Source of the DNA: a virus
Reading direction: 5' to 3' (one strand)
IMG/VR virus record: IMGVR_UViG_3300020419_000859
Length of the DNA: 64,000 bases
Below the pieces are notes generated by a model. That model made no database searches. It saw nothing but the letters and a program-made list of their open reading frames with translations, and had not been told where the DNA came from. The translations under genes were made by a program, and so were the position numbers. Shown here in pieces: positions 1-9,733 of this stretch. Within the stretch, counting starts at the first letter, position 1. Each line of letters opens with the position of its first letter.

Positions 1-18
1 GGATAAAATGAGAGAAAA

Positions 19-1239
19 ATGTTTAATTTTAAAGGTTTCATAACAAAAGAAAAAAACACACATTTAGAACATCTTGAAGATGATATAATCAACAGAGGTG
101 CTAGAGGTGGAGAGAACGCTGTAAAGTTTCTAAAATCAATTAGAAACATGTTAGCAGGATCTTCTGGTGCCAAAGTAAATATGTCTGTCAAGTGGGACGG
201 TGCGCCTGCTATAGTGTGTGGTATAAATCCAGAAAACGGCAAATTCTTTGTCGGTACTAAATCAGTATTCAACGCAAAACCAAAAATCAATTATACACCA
301 GGTGATATAAGAACTAATCATAGTGGACCTGTTGCAGATAAATTAAATGTTTGTTTAAGAGAATTAAAAAAATTAAGAATTACAGGTATCTATCAAGGCG
401 ATTTACTCTTTACAAATGATACAAAGATACAGAATATAGATGGTGAGGCTATGATAACTTTTACACCAAATACAATTACATATGCAACACCAGTAAATTC
501 TTCTTTAGGTAGAAAAATAAGAAGAGCAAGAATGGGAATAGTATTTCATACAAGTTATACAGGTAAAGATATGAAAAGTTTAGGTGCTGGTTTTGGCACT
601 ATATCTGGTAGATCAGGTAGTACATCGGTATTTTTAGCAAGTGCTGGCTATACAGATACTTCCGGTTCATCTACGTTTACTAGTGGTGAACTATCTAGAT
701 TTGATGGTTTAATTAGAATGGCTGAAGGCTCTTTAGGTAAAGCGTCTACTATATTAAATGAAATGTCAAGATCAAATGATTCTTTATCAGTTGGTTTTAG
801 ACTAAAGGCTTTCTTTAATCATTATATTAGAAACACACAAGGTCACATGGGTAAGGTAAAAACTTTACAAAAAATGTTTAGAGATTATTATACTAATATT
901 TTAACGGAAGAAATAGCAAATAGAAAAACACCAAAAGGTAAACAAAAATACAAAGATTTATTAGATACTAATTTAAAATTTATAGATAGAAACGAACAAT
1001 CATTATACTTTGCAATTGCGTCACATGTAAGTTTAGGTAATGCAAAGAACTTTTTAATATCAAAACTATCTCAAATACAAAGTATCGGCCATTTTATTAG
1101 AACATCAAACGGTTATAAAGTAACCAATCCAGAGGGTTATGTTGCAGTAAGCAGATCAGCTGGTGCAATTAAATTAGTAGACAGATTAGAATTTAGTAGA
1201 GCAAACTTTACTATTGCTAAAGATTGGGTAAAAGGATAA
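19..1239 (+). CDS. DUF6267-like conserved phage protein; probable ligase/capping-superfamily nucleotidyltransferase
   Basis: Motifs VKWDG (KxDG), YQGDLLF, PEGYVAV and IKLV occur in the order of covalent-NTase motifs I, III, IV and V. N-terminus MFNFKGFITKE. Confidence 0.6.
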   Translation: MFNFKGFITKEKNTHLEHLEDDIINRGARGGENAVKFLKSIRNMLAGSSGAKVNMSVKWDGAPAIVCGINPENGKFFVGTKSVFNAKPKINYTPGDIRTNHSGPVADKLNVCLRELKKLRITGIYQGDLLFTNDTKIQNIDGEAMITFTPNTITYATPVNSSLGRKIRRARMGIVFHTSYTGKDMKSLGAGFGTISGRSGSTSVFLASAGYTDTSGSSTFTSGELSRFDGLIRMAEGSLGKASTILNEMSRSNDSLSVGFRLKAFFNHYIRNTQGHMGKVKTLQKMFRDYYTNILTEEIANRKTPKGKQKYKDLLDTNLKFIDRNEQSLYFAIASHVSLGNAKNFLISKLSQIQSIGHFIRTSNGYKVTNPEGYVAVSRSAGAIKLVDRLEFSRANFTIAKDWVKG

Positions 1240-1820
1240 TGATAGGATTTAAAGATTATATATTTAAGTTTCTAGAAGAAAAAAGACAGCCAAAGATTAT
1301 TTTAATAGGTGGTCCAGGTAGTGGCAAATCTACTTACGCTAAATTTTTAGTAAAAGAATTTAATATAGATCACATATATCCTGGTGATTTATTAAGAAAA
1401 GAAAAACAAAGTGGTAGTGAAATGGGTAAAAGACTTAATTTAGGTAAAGGAGACTTTGCTCCGAATGACATAGTTAAGAAACTTGTATTTGACGCAGTTG
1501 ATAAAGCAGATGGTTTTGTATTTGATGGTTATCCAAGATACATGCAACAAGTCAAAGACATGAACAATAAAGGTATAGTAATTAATAATATAGTATATTT
1601 AAATGTAAGTGAGGAAGAAGTTATAAGAAGATTAACAGCTAGAGGTAGAGCTGATGATAAACCTGAAGTTATTAAACATAGAATAGAACTATATCAAAAA
1701 GAAACAGGTCCGGTAATTGAACACTATAGAGATCATGCCGGTTTTATAGAGATCAAAGCTGAAGGCGCAGAGCCGGAAGAGATCGCAAAACAAATAATAA
1801 ATAAGGTTAAAAACAAATGA
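1239..1820 (+). CDS. adk: Adenylate kinase (short, LID-less type)
   Basis: GGPGSGKST P-loop, GDLLR, FDGYPR, RGRADD. Likely start is ATG 1239, overlapping the upstream TAA. Confidence 0.9.
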   Translation: MIGFKDYIFKFLEEKRQPKIILIGGPGSGKSTYAKFLVKEFNIDHIYPGDLLRKEKQSGSEMGKRLNLGKGDFAPNDIVKKLVFDAVDKADGFVFDGYPRYMQQVKDMNNKGIVINNIVYLNVSEEEVIRRLTARGRADDKPEVIKHRIELYQKETGPVIEHYRDHAGFIEIKAEGAEPEEIAKQIINKVKNK

Positions 1821-2173
1821 AAACTTTTAAAGAATATGAAAACAAATTAGATGAGATAGATTCTATTTGTGAGAATATGAAATACGATGACCTTGTGGTT
1901 GAAGAATCTGAGCATGAGGGCAAGAAAGTAAAATTAAATAATCCTGTTCGTTCAAGTGATGGTAAAAAGAAATTTTACGTTTACGTTAAGAACGAAAAGG
2001 GCAACGTAGTTAAGGTTGGCTTTGGTGATCCAAATATGGAAATCAAAAGAGACGACCCTAACCGAAGAAAGAATTTTAGAGCGAGACACAACTGTGCTAA
2101 TCCAGGTCCGAAATGGAAAGCAAGATACTGGAGTTGTTATCAGTGGAGAGCTGGCGCTAAAGTAGACAACTAA
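1817..2173 (+). CDS. Conserved small basic phage protein (DUF6321-like)
   Basis: KKFYVYVKN..VKVGFGDP..RRKNFRARHNC..ARYWSC pattern; leader MKTFKEY..LDE. Confidence 0.55.
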   Translation: MKTFKEYENKLDEIDSICENMKYDDLVVEESEHEGKKVKLNNPVRSSDGKKKFYVYVKNEKGNVVKVGFGDPNMEIKRDDPNRRKNFRARHNCANPGPKWKARYWSCYQWRAGAKVDN

Positions 2174-2186
2174 TAGGAGTAATATA

Positions 2187-2861
2187 ATGTATATAAAAGG
2201 TGGAATGAAAAAACTATCAAAAGCGATTGCAAAATCTACCAAAGAGAGTTTGGATAGAGAAATAGCAATAGCAGAAAAGGAGCAACAGATGATGGACGAA
2301 GCAAATGGTATCAAGTTTCCTACAAATCCAAGTGTAGGCGATACTGTAGAAGCACCAGAACCTGTGCTAAATGAAGATAGAAAAGGAGTTGATCTAGCAG
2401 ATGGATCAAAACTTGAGGACATGTCAATAAAAGAAAAATTAGGAACATGGTCTCATAACTTTTCTCAATTAGAGGAAAAAGAAAAATTTTACTATTTACT
2501 TGAACAAGGTAAAGGTATAATTGAACTTGATGAATCTAAAAGAATTAACGGATACAGAATACATGGTTGTGTCAGCCAAGTTTGGATGATACCGTCTTTG
2601 AAAGAAGACAAAATGTTATTTGAAGTAGACGCTGATTCACATGAGGCAAGAGGTGTGATGTATATTCTACAAAACATAATGTCTGGCCACACACCAAAAG
2701 AAATTTTGGAAGTGACAGATGACGATATCGTAGATATAGGTTTCTATGGTGTATTAACTGAAAGAAGACGAAAAGGTGTTTTTGTAGTTATGCAGGCAAT
2801 AAGAACTTATGCTAAAGATATGGAAGAAATACTAGACGAGGCGGCTAAAGCACAAGGTTAA
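2187..2861 (+). CDS. sufE: SufE-family Fe-S sulfur acceptor with an N-terminal extension
   Basis: RIHGCVSQVW (conserved Cys), DADS..ARG, LTERRRKG. Confidence 0.8.
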   Translation: MYIKGGMKKLSKAIAKSTKESLDREIAIAEKEQQMMDEANGIKFPTNPSVGDTVEAPEPVLNEDRKGVDLADGSKLEDMSIKEKLGTWSHNFSQLEEKEKFYYLLEQGKGIIELDESKRINGYRIHGCVSQVWMIPSLKEDKMLFEVDADSHEARGVMYILQNIMSGHTPKEILEVTDDDIVDIGFYGVLTERRRKGVFVVMQAIRTYAKDMEEILDEAAKAQG

Positions 2862-2862
2862 T

Positions 2863-3555
2863 ATGAAAACACTAAAAGAAGTCACAGCATTTTTATCCGA
2901 GGGTGTATATGACCCAGGAATATTTAAAGCTTTCTTCTTAGCAGGTGGACCAGGCTCAGGCAAAACTTTTGTCACGAGTCAAGCCTTTGCAGGTACAGGT
3001 CTTAAAATAGTAAACTCTGATACAATCTTTGAAAGAGGATTGTTAAAGGCAAATTTATCTTTAAAAATGCCAGATGAGGAAGAATATTTTAGAAACATTG
3101 TACGAGCAAAAGCAAAGTTAACAGCCGGCTCGGCTTTAGATCAATATGTAAAAGGTAGATTGGGTTTAGTCATAGACGCAACAGGTCGTGATAAGACAGT
3201 TATAGGAAGACAACATTCTATGTTATCAGCACTTGGTTACGATTGTTATATGATATTCGTAAACACAAGTTTAGAGGTGGCCATGGAAAGAAACAAGACT
3301 AGATCAAGATCAATACCAGAATATATTGTAAAAAATAGTTGGAATAAAGTACAACAAAACATAGGGTCTTTTCAACATATGTTTAGGGCAAGTAATATGT
3401 TAATTATTGACAACAACAGATCAGAAGCTGAACTTGTTAGTAATACAATTAGAACTGCCTCATCATATATTAGAAGACAGATTAGAACTAATCCTAATAA
3501 CTATATTGCTAAACAATGGATAGCAAAAGAACTAGAGGCTAAAAAAAGAATATGA
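2863..3555 (+). CDS. P-loop kinase (AAA_33/zeta/polynucleotide-kinase-like)
   Basis: LAGGPGSGKT, VNSD, LVIDATG, FVNTSLEVAMERN..R.R lid. Confidence 0.75.
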   Translation: MKTLKEVTAFLSEGVYDPGIFKAFFLAGGPGSGKTFVTSQAFAGTGLKIVNSDTIFERGLLKANLSLKMPDEEEYFRNIVRAKAKLTAGSALDQYVKGRLGLVIDATGRDKTVIGRQHSMLSALGYDCYMIFVNTSLEVAMERNKTRSRSIPEYIVKNSWNKVQQNIGSFQHMFRASNMLIIDNNRSEAELVSNTIRTASSYIRRQIRTNPNNYIAKQWIAKELEAKKRI

Positions 3556-5852
3556 AAACTTTTAAAGATTACTTAATCAAAGAGAGTATCATAGATATAC
3601 CAAGACGTACATACGCTCCTGGTGTATTTGATAATGCTGATAGTAAAGACCCTAAAATAAAACCAAGCGTGAAAAAATTAATTGATGATCAGATAAAAAT
3701 ATTTGAGAAAGAATATCCAGTAATTAAAACAGCATTAATAGGTTCTATACTTACAAAGAGATATAGAAATGACGCTGATCTGGACATTAATGTATTGTTT
3801 GACGTACCAAAAGACAAACAAGAAGACGAAAGAGTCAATCTTTCTCAAAAATATTTGTCAGCAAAAAATCCAAAAAACATACAAGGTAAGTTAATACCTG
3901 GCACTAAACATCCTATTAACTACTACTTTATAACAGATCAAAAAACATATGACGATCAGAATAAAAAGGCTGACGCAGTGTTTGATATAAACAACGATAA
4001 GTTTATAAAACGACCTGAAGATTTTACTTTTGATACAAACTTATATATCAAAGAGTTTGAAAGAAAAGTACAAGAGTTAGATGTAGTAAAAGGAGAATTA
4101 AAACGTGATATAATTGATTACCATGAATTAGTTGAATTACAACCAGATGATATATTAAACTTACAAGAAAAGATAAATGAAAAATTAGAAGAAATAGAAG
4201 ACAGTATTAAAGAGATAATAAAAATAGGTGATGATGTTGACGCAGATAGAAGAGCTGCATTTGCTGGTGATATGACACCAGATGAAATTAGAAAATATGG
4301 AGTTAAGAATAGATTACCTAAAAATGTTATCTACAAAATGTTAGAAAAATATCACTACTTAAAATTTTATAAGAAATGTAAAATGATATTAGATGATGGT
4401 AAGGTTACCGATGATGAGATAAAAAGTTTAACTAGTGAAGATATAGACAACATGAATGCAGAATCAATCGCTTCAGCATGGGACGATTTAATTAGAAGAA
4501 CATTTAGACGTAAAGAAATGGGAAGAGGTTTACAACTGTATGTAAAATATTTAAGACAAGGAATGAAAGACGCCAAAAATAAGGCAGCTCAACATGCTGG
4601 TATAGATTATGGTGTATTTGGAAAAGCAGTTAGAGACGCAGGACTTCCTGAAGAAGTAAACGAAGATTTAAGAAGACCTAGAAAATCAGTTGCATTTACT
4701 TTTGGTAGATTTAATCCACCAACTATAGGACATGAAAAACTTATTAAGAAAGTTAAATCAGTAAGAGCAAATGATCACAAAATTTATTTAAGTAGAAGTG
4801 AAGACAGTAAGAAAAATCCATTATCGCCTACACAAAAACTGGCGTATATGAAAAAAATGTTTCCTTCTCACGCAAGAAATATAGAGATAAACAAAACAAA
4901 CATGATATTGGATATAGCTACAACCTTACATAATAAAGGTTATACAGAAATCTTTATGGTTGTAGGTAGTGATAGAGTAAGAGAATTTGAAACAATATTA
5001 AACAAATATAACGATGTAAAATCAAGACATGGTTACTATAACTTTGATAACATAAATGTGTTATCGGCAGGCGAGAGAGATCCAGACGCAGAAGGAGCTA
5101 CAGGTATGTCAGCAAGTAAGATGAGAGCAGCTGCTAGTGCTAATGATCTATCTAGTTTTAAAAGAGGTTTACCTGGTGGTGTTGACGCCAACGCATTGAT
5201 GAAAGATGTAAGAAAAGGTATGAGATTGGCTGCCAGTATGGAATATAGTAATACGAACATGTTAACTATGGAACAATTTGATCAACAACAAATAAGAGAC
5301 CTATATTTAAGAGATATGATATTTAATATAGGAGAACATGTTGATTACACAAAACAGAATATACAAGGAACAGTTAAAAGAAAAGGTACAAACTATATTG
5401 TACTAGAAGATAACAATAATAATTTACACAAAGCATGGATTTGGGACTGTATACCAATAGCTTCTGATAAAGAGGTTGCAGTACGAGAACACAATTTAAA
5501 TATTGACTATGGCTTTGAGGCTATATCTGAAAAGAAATTTGCCGATTTAAAGAAAGAATTAACGATGAAATTAGAGAAAGAAGCGTTTGAAATAGGGCAT
5601 GATTATGCCAATCATACGAAAGAAATAACACCGGGAGAGAAGCCAGAAGCTAAACCAGTTGACGTTAAAGACAGAGGGTGGCCTACACAAGGTTACAAAG
5701 AGATAAAAGATGAGAAAATAAATGAAAAAGACGTAAATAATTGGGCTTCTGAAGCTGAAACAATAGATAAATATAAACAAAGATTTAAGGAGGAATGGAA
5801 AAGTAAGTTAGATGAGGCAGTAGTTAAGATGTTAAAAGACTTACAATCCTAA
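3552..5852 (+). CDS. Fusion of a Pol-beta-type nucleotidyltransferase (N-term) and an HxGH cytidylyltransferase-like domain (C-term)
   Basis: IGSILT...DADLDINV (GS..DxD); FGRFNPPTIGHEKL, VVGSDR, SAGERDPDAEG..GMSASKMR as in marine T4-like cytidyltransferases. Confidence 0.8.
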   Translation: MKTFKDYLIKESIIDIPRRTYAPGVFDNADSKDPKIKPSVKKLIDDQIKIFEKEYPVIKTALIGSILTKRYRNDADLDINVLFDVPKDKQEDERVNLSQKYLSAKNPKNIQGKLIPGTKHPINYYFITDQKTYDDQNKKADAVFDINNDKFIKRPEDFTFDTNLYIKEFERKVQELDVVKGELKRDIIDYHELVELQPDDILNLQEKINEKLEEIEDSIKEIIKIGDDVDADRRAAFAGDMTPDEIRKYGVKNRLPKNVIYKMLEKYHYLKFYKKCKMILDDGKVTDDEIKSLTSEDIDNMNAESIASAWDDLIRRTFRRKEMGRGLQLYVKYLRQGMKDAKNKAAQHAGIDYGVFGKAVRDAGLPEEVNEDLRRPRKSVAFTFGRFNPPTIGHEKLIKKVKSVRANDHKIYLSRSEDSKKNPLSPTQKLAYMKKMFPSHARNIEINKTNMILDIATTLHNKGYTEIFMVVGSDRVREFETILNKYNDVKSRHGYYNFDNINVLSAGERDPDAEGATGMSASKMRAAASANDLSSFKRGLPGGVDANALMKDVRKGMRLAASMEYSNTNMLTMEQFDQQQIRDLYLRDMIFNIGEHVDYTKQNIQGTVKRKGTNYIVLEDNNNNLHKAWIWDCIPIASDKEVAVREHNLNIDYGFEAISEKKFADLKKELTMKLEKEAFEIGHDYANHTKEITPGEKPEAKPVDVKDRGWPTQGYKEIKDEKINEKDVNNWASEAETIDKYKQRFKEEWKSKLDEAVVKMLKDLQS

Positions 5853-5857
5853 TAGAC

Positions 5858-7594
5858 ATGACAAGATATAGAAAAACAATGGCAGAGGCCTGGAACGAGT
5901 CAATCTTAATTGAGAGTGGCTTAATGGGTACTATCAAACCAGATCAATTAGACAATATCAAAAAAGTATGGGCTAAAAAGTCTATGAAAGATGTCACTCC
6001 TGGAGTGAGAGCTATGTTGGCAAAATTAGATATGCCTACTAAAGTTGCAGTTAAACATGCTAATATAAATGTACTATCTAAACTAGTATTAGATGAAAAA
6101 GAATTAGAAGAACAAACAGAATTAGACGAAGGCAGAATGAAAGATATATTTACTGCCGACCAAGAAGGCAAGTCTGCCGAAGAAATAGCAAAGAGATTAA
6201 AAATATCAGTAAAAACAGTTAAAGATATTTTAGGTGTAAAAGAACAAGTGGCAATAGATGAGGGTGGTGTTAAGGCTGCTCTTATGGATGTAGAAGATGA
6301 CGCTACTAGAATGGACTTAAACAAGTTTATTAGAAAACATTATGGAACTATGGGCTTATCTGCTCAAGAATTAAAGAAAATATTTTACAGAGTTAACAAT
6401 GAAGAAACTGAATTAACAGAAATTGCTAACTTTACTGCCTCAATGATTAATGTTCTTAAAAAAGAATACGAACCAATGAGAGGTAAAAAAATTACAGCTG
6501 CTAGAGCAAAACAATTAATGAACATACTTGATAAACTAAATGATAAAAATTTAGAAACTTTATCAAAACAAAATATACCTTTTGTATCAAGTGGTTCTGC
6601 TAGTAAACTTGCAGTAAGAAAAATGAAATTCAAAGTCACTAACGTAAACCCTTTCAAAGAAGAGGTTGAAAGTATAGACGAGAAGATTGATCCGTTTATG
6701 TTATCTTACAGTGACAGATATGGTAAACATGCTGGTTTTGAGGGTGCTAAAACTTTACAAGACTTACAAAACAAGGCAGCCAATTTAAGAAAAAAAGGAT
6801 TTAAGATTGATAAAATGGGTAGATATAATCCACCTGTTAAAGAAGATATACAAAATGAAGCATGTTGGGTAGGTTATAAACAAGTAGGTATGAAAAACAA
6901 AGGTGGTAAAGAAGTACCTAATTGTGTACCCGAAGATAAAGAATTAGAAGAACATATAGAAGAAATGGCTAAAGATGACGCTTATGCAATCGGTATGGCA
7001 GCCGCTAAAAAACACACAGGCGATACTGAACCACCTTTAGAAAAATCTACAATTACTAAAGGTCATGAGATTGCAAAGAAAATATTAAAGAAAGAAGATT
7101 TAGACGAGAGTACAAAGGCAGTTAGAAAAAAAGCAGACAAATCTAAAATGCCTTATTCAGTATTAAAGAAAGTTTACGATAGAGGTATGGCAGCTTGGAA
7201 AGGTGGCCATAGACCAGGTGCAACACAAGTACAATGGGCTCTTGCTAGAGTAAATTCATTTATTACAAAAGGCAGTGGCACATGGGGTGGCGCTGATAAA
7301 GATTTAGCAAAACAAGTTAGAAGTGAAGATTTAAGGGCAGTACCACAAGACGGTGACGTTAAGAAAAAAGATGGTACTCAACCTAAAAAATACTATAAAG
7401 GGTTAAGTAAGTCAGAAAAAGGTAAGAGAGCAGATTACTTTAAAAACAATGACAGTAATAAACCAGCACCAGGTGATAAAGACGCAAAAACTAAACCATC
7501 TATTCACACTAACAAATATAAAAAAATGTATGGCGAGGGTGCAAAACAATTAGTAGATAGAATATTAAAAGAAAAAATGGAGAAAAACAAATGA
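5858..7594 (+). CDS. Modular internal-head-type protein with C-terminal DUF5824-like segments
   Basis: Many (L/I)xE junctions; ACWVGYKQVG..VPNCVP; KKVYDRGMAAWKGGHRPGA..QWALARVNSF; QPKKYYKGLSKS. Confidence 0.5.
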   Translation: MTRYRKTMAEAWNESILIESGLMGTIKPDQLDNIKKVWAKKSMKDVTPGVRAMLAKLDMPTKVAVKHANINVLSKLVLDEKELEEQTELDEGRMKDIFTADQEGKSAEEIAKRLKISVKTVKDILGVKEQVAIDEGGVKAALMDVEDDATRMDLNKFIRKHYGTMGLSAQELKKIFYRVNNEETELTEIANFTASMINVLKKEYEPMRGKKITAARAKQLMNILDKLNDKNLETLSKQNIPFVSSGSASKLAVRKMKFKVTNVNPFKEEVESIDEKIDPFMLSYSDRYGKHAGFEGAKTLQDLQNKAANLRKKGFKIDKMGRYNPPVKEDIQNEACWVGYKQVGMKNKGGKEVPNCVPEDKELEEHIEEMAKDDAYAIGMAAAKKHTGDTEPPLEKSTITKGHEIAKKILKKEDLDESTKAVRKKADKSKMPYSVLKKVYDRGMAAWKGGHRPGATQVQWALARVNSFITKGSGTWGGADKDLAKQVRSEDLRAVPQDGDVKKKDGTQPKKYYKGLSKSEKGKRADYFKNNDSNKPAPGDKDAKTKPSIHTNKYKKMYGEGAKQLVDRILKEKMEKNK

Positions 7595-8340
7595 GTTATT
7601 TAAAAAATAAACCAAATTCTCTAGAAGACATGGCAAAACAAATGTCAATTCATACCAATGAATCTGATTACAAAACTATGTTTAAAAAAGAGTTAGAGAA
7701 ATCAGGTAAAAAAGGTATTGGTTCTATGACAGATAAAGAAAAAAAAGATTTCTTTAACAGAATAGATAACAAGTATAGTGCTAAAAATGAAGCAGTGACA
7801 AATGAGTTAACAAGTGCTCAAAAGAAATTACCACCTGCTTTACAAAAAGCAATTAAAGCAAAAGAAAAAAAAGAAGAGTCTGTAAATTGGGCAGAGGCGG
7901 CTGAAGAACAAGAGAAAAGACAAGAAGACGCTAAGTATTTTAAAACAGAAGCTAAAGATATACCACCAATTGACAAAGACAATAAACCAGGTGTTAAGAT
8001 CGCTAAGATTAGAGCAATGAAAGGTGACGACAAAGAAAAGAAAGAGTCAGAAATTGAAAAACTTAAAGATCAAAACGCATTATTAAAACAAAAATTAGAA
8101 AACGAAAAACATAAGGCTGTAAAACCTCAACCTAACAAAGATACAGGAGAAGTACCTTTATCTATAGGTATTGCATACAAACATTTAAGAGACAAAATGC
8201 AAAAAGAGGAACAAGAAAAGTCTATGTCGGATACAACAGCAGAGAGAGATAAAGAAATGAAAGAACCAAAAGGTAAAACTATGACTGGTCAAGAAAAAAC
8301 TCCTGTTGAAATGAATCCAAAAATGAATCATAAATTCTAA
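7591..8340 (+). CDS. K/E-rich hypothetical protein (possible prohead/internal protein)
   Basis: Long ORF coupled to its neighbours; highly charged composition. Confidence 0.45.
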   Translation: MSYLKNKPNSLEDMAKQMSIHTNESDYKTMFKKELEKSGKKGIGSMTDKEKKDFFNRIDNKYSAKNEAVTNELTSAQKKLPPALQKAIKAKEKKEESVNWAEAAEEQEKRQEDAKYFKTEAKDIPPIDKDNKPGVKIAKIRAMKGDDKEKKESEIEKLKDQNALLKQKLENEKHKAVKPQPNKDTGEVPLSIGIAYKHLRDKMQKEEQEKSMSDTTAERDKEMKEPKGKTMTGQEKTPVEMNPKMNHKF

Positions 8341-8342
8341 TC

Positions 8343-8573
8343 ATGGCTTGGGTAGACGTACCAAACTCTAATAGTATCTGGCAGTATGAAAACTCTGCTA
8401 CGATAACACACACATACAAAGATTCGGCTGATGGTGCGAACTCTGTAATATCAGGTGGTATTAGAACATATACAAAACCTGGTACAAGTGATACAGTACA
8501 AGTCTATATAAGAACAAGAAAAAAAGGTGAAACAACAGAGAGAGGAGAACTCTCAAAGACCTACTTTGATTAA
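8343..8573 (+). CDS. Hypothetical protein
   Basis: ORF in operon context. Confidence 0.5.
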   Translation: MAWVDVPNSNSIWQYENSATITHTYKDSADGANSVISGGIRTYTKPGTSDTVQVYIRTRKKGETTERGELSKTYFD

Positions 8574-8578
8574 GAATT

Positions 8579-9073
8579 ATGGCAAAACTACCGAGAATAT
8601 ATTGTGACATGGATGGTGTCCTTTGCGATTTCGTAAAGGGTGTTGAGAAACTTCACAATATAACCATTGACAAATGGTCATATGGTAGTAAGACTGAAAA
8701 GTGGTCTAAAGTAAAAGCAACTCCTAGATTTTGGCATACTCTACCATGGCAGACAGGTGGTAGACAACTATGGTCTTTCATATCTAAACATAAACCACAT
8801 ATCTTATCAGCATACGTAGAGGAAAGTTTTGATCCTAATTGTATACCAGGTAAGACACATTGGGCAAGAACAAATTTAGGCCTATCAGCACCAAGAATTA
8901 ACCTAGTAAAACGTGTACAAAAACAACTATACGCAAAAGTATTAGGTGATCCAGCACTACTAATAGACGATTATAAGAAAAACGTAGATCAATTCATCGC
9001 AAGAGGTGGTAAAGCAATACACCACACTTCAACTTCCAACACAATTAGACAGTTAAGATCGCTAGGTTTCTAA
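8579..9073 (+). CDS. HAD-family 5'(3')-nucleotidase/phosphatase
   Basis: IYCDMDGVLCD (motif I), ILSA, K, LLIDDY (motif IV). Confidence 0.85.
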   Translation: MAKLPRIYCDMDGVLCDFVKGVEKLHNITIDKWSYGSKTEKWSKVKATPRFWHTLPWQTGGRQLWSFISKHKPHILSAYVEESFDPNCIPGKTHWARTNLGLSAPRINLVKRVQKQLYAKVLGDPALLIDDYKKNVDQFIARGGKAIHHTSTSNTIRQLRSLGF

Positions 9074-9084
9074 CTTATTTCCGT

Positions 9085-9092
9085 TATAAATA
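9085..9092 (+). promoter_or_regulatory. T4-type late promoter
   Basis: Intergenic TATAAATA upstream of the structural gene at 9139. Confidence 0.75.
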
Positions 9093-9138
9093 GTGCTAGT
9101 TATATAACAAATAAAACTTAATTAAGGGAGAAATTTTT

Positions 9139-9711
9139 ATGTCTTTATGGGGAAACGATATTAAGCCAAAAAATTTAACCGATGCCGAGAAGAAGGAAGT
9201 TTACGCTACTTCTAAAGGCTGGGTTAGAGAGGCTGGTTCTATTCTTTCTGGTAATGACAACACTAACGCAACTCCGGAAGTATTAGTAGCAATCGGTGGA
9301 TTAGCTACTGCTATGGGTGCAGGTGACATTACTGAAATAGAATTTATCACAACATCATTCAGCGTTGGAGCTGGTGGTGCTTTACAAGCAAGAGTAAGAT
9401 TTAACGAAGACGTTACCGTGACAGGTACACCTACATTAACATTACAAAATGGTAATCAAGGTTCTGGTTCAGGTAGAGGTCCACACGTTTTATCATACAC
9501 TACAGGATCAAACACTAACGAGTTAACTTTCAATTTAACTATTGGCGCTGGCGCAACTACAACAGCTGCAAACGACCAAATTACAGTTGGTGCAAACGCA
9601 TTATCATTAAACGGCGGAACAATTAAAGATAGAGGTACAACAACAAACTCTACTATAACTAGTGCCGCTGGTATTGGTACTGCTGCTGGTATATTAACAA
9701 TCAGCGCATAA
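9139..9711 (+). CDS. Putative virion structural (fibre/decoration) protein
   Basis: MSLWG..ATSKGWV N-terminus typical of T4-like virion proteins; G/T/A-rich beta domain; late promoter upstream. Confidence 0.55.
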   Translation: MSLWGNDIKPKNLTDAEKKEVYATSKGWVREAGSILSGNDNTNATPEVLVAIGGLATAMGAGDITEIEFITTSFSVGAGGALQARVRFNEDVTVTGTPTLTLQNGNQGSGSGRGPHVLSYTTGSNTNELTFNLTIGAGATTTAANDQITVGANALSLNGGTIKDRGTTTNSTITSAAGIGTAAGILTISA

Positions 9712-9733
9712 TTTTTAAAAGGAGAAAAACAAA

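Noticed and set aside
2863-3555. Zeta toxin / toxin-antitoxin call
   Set aside because: Only a generic P-loop kinase fold is supported, and no antitoxin is evident.
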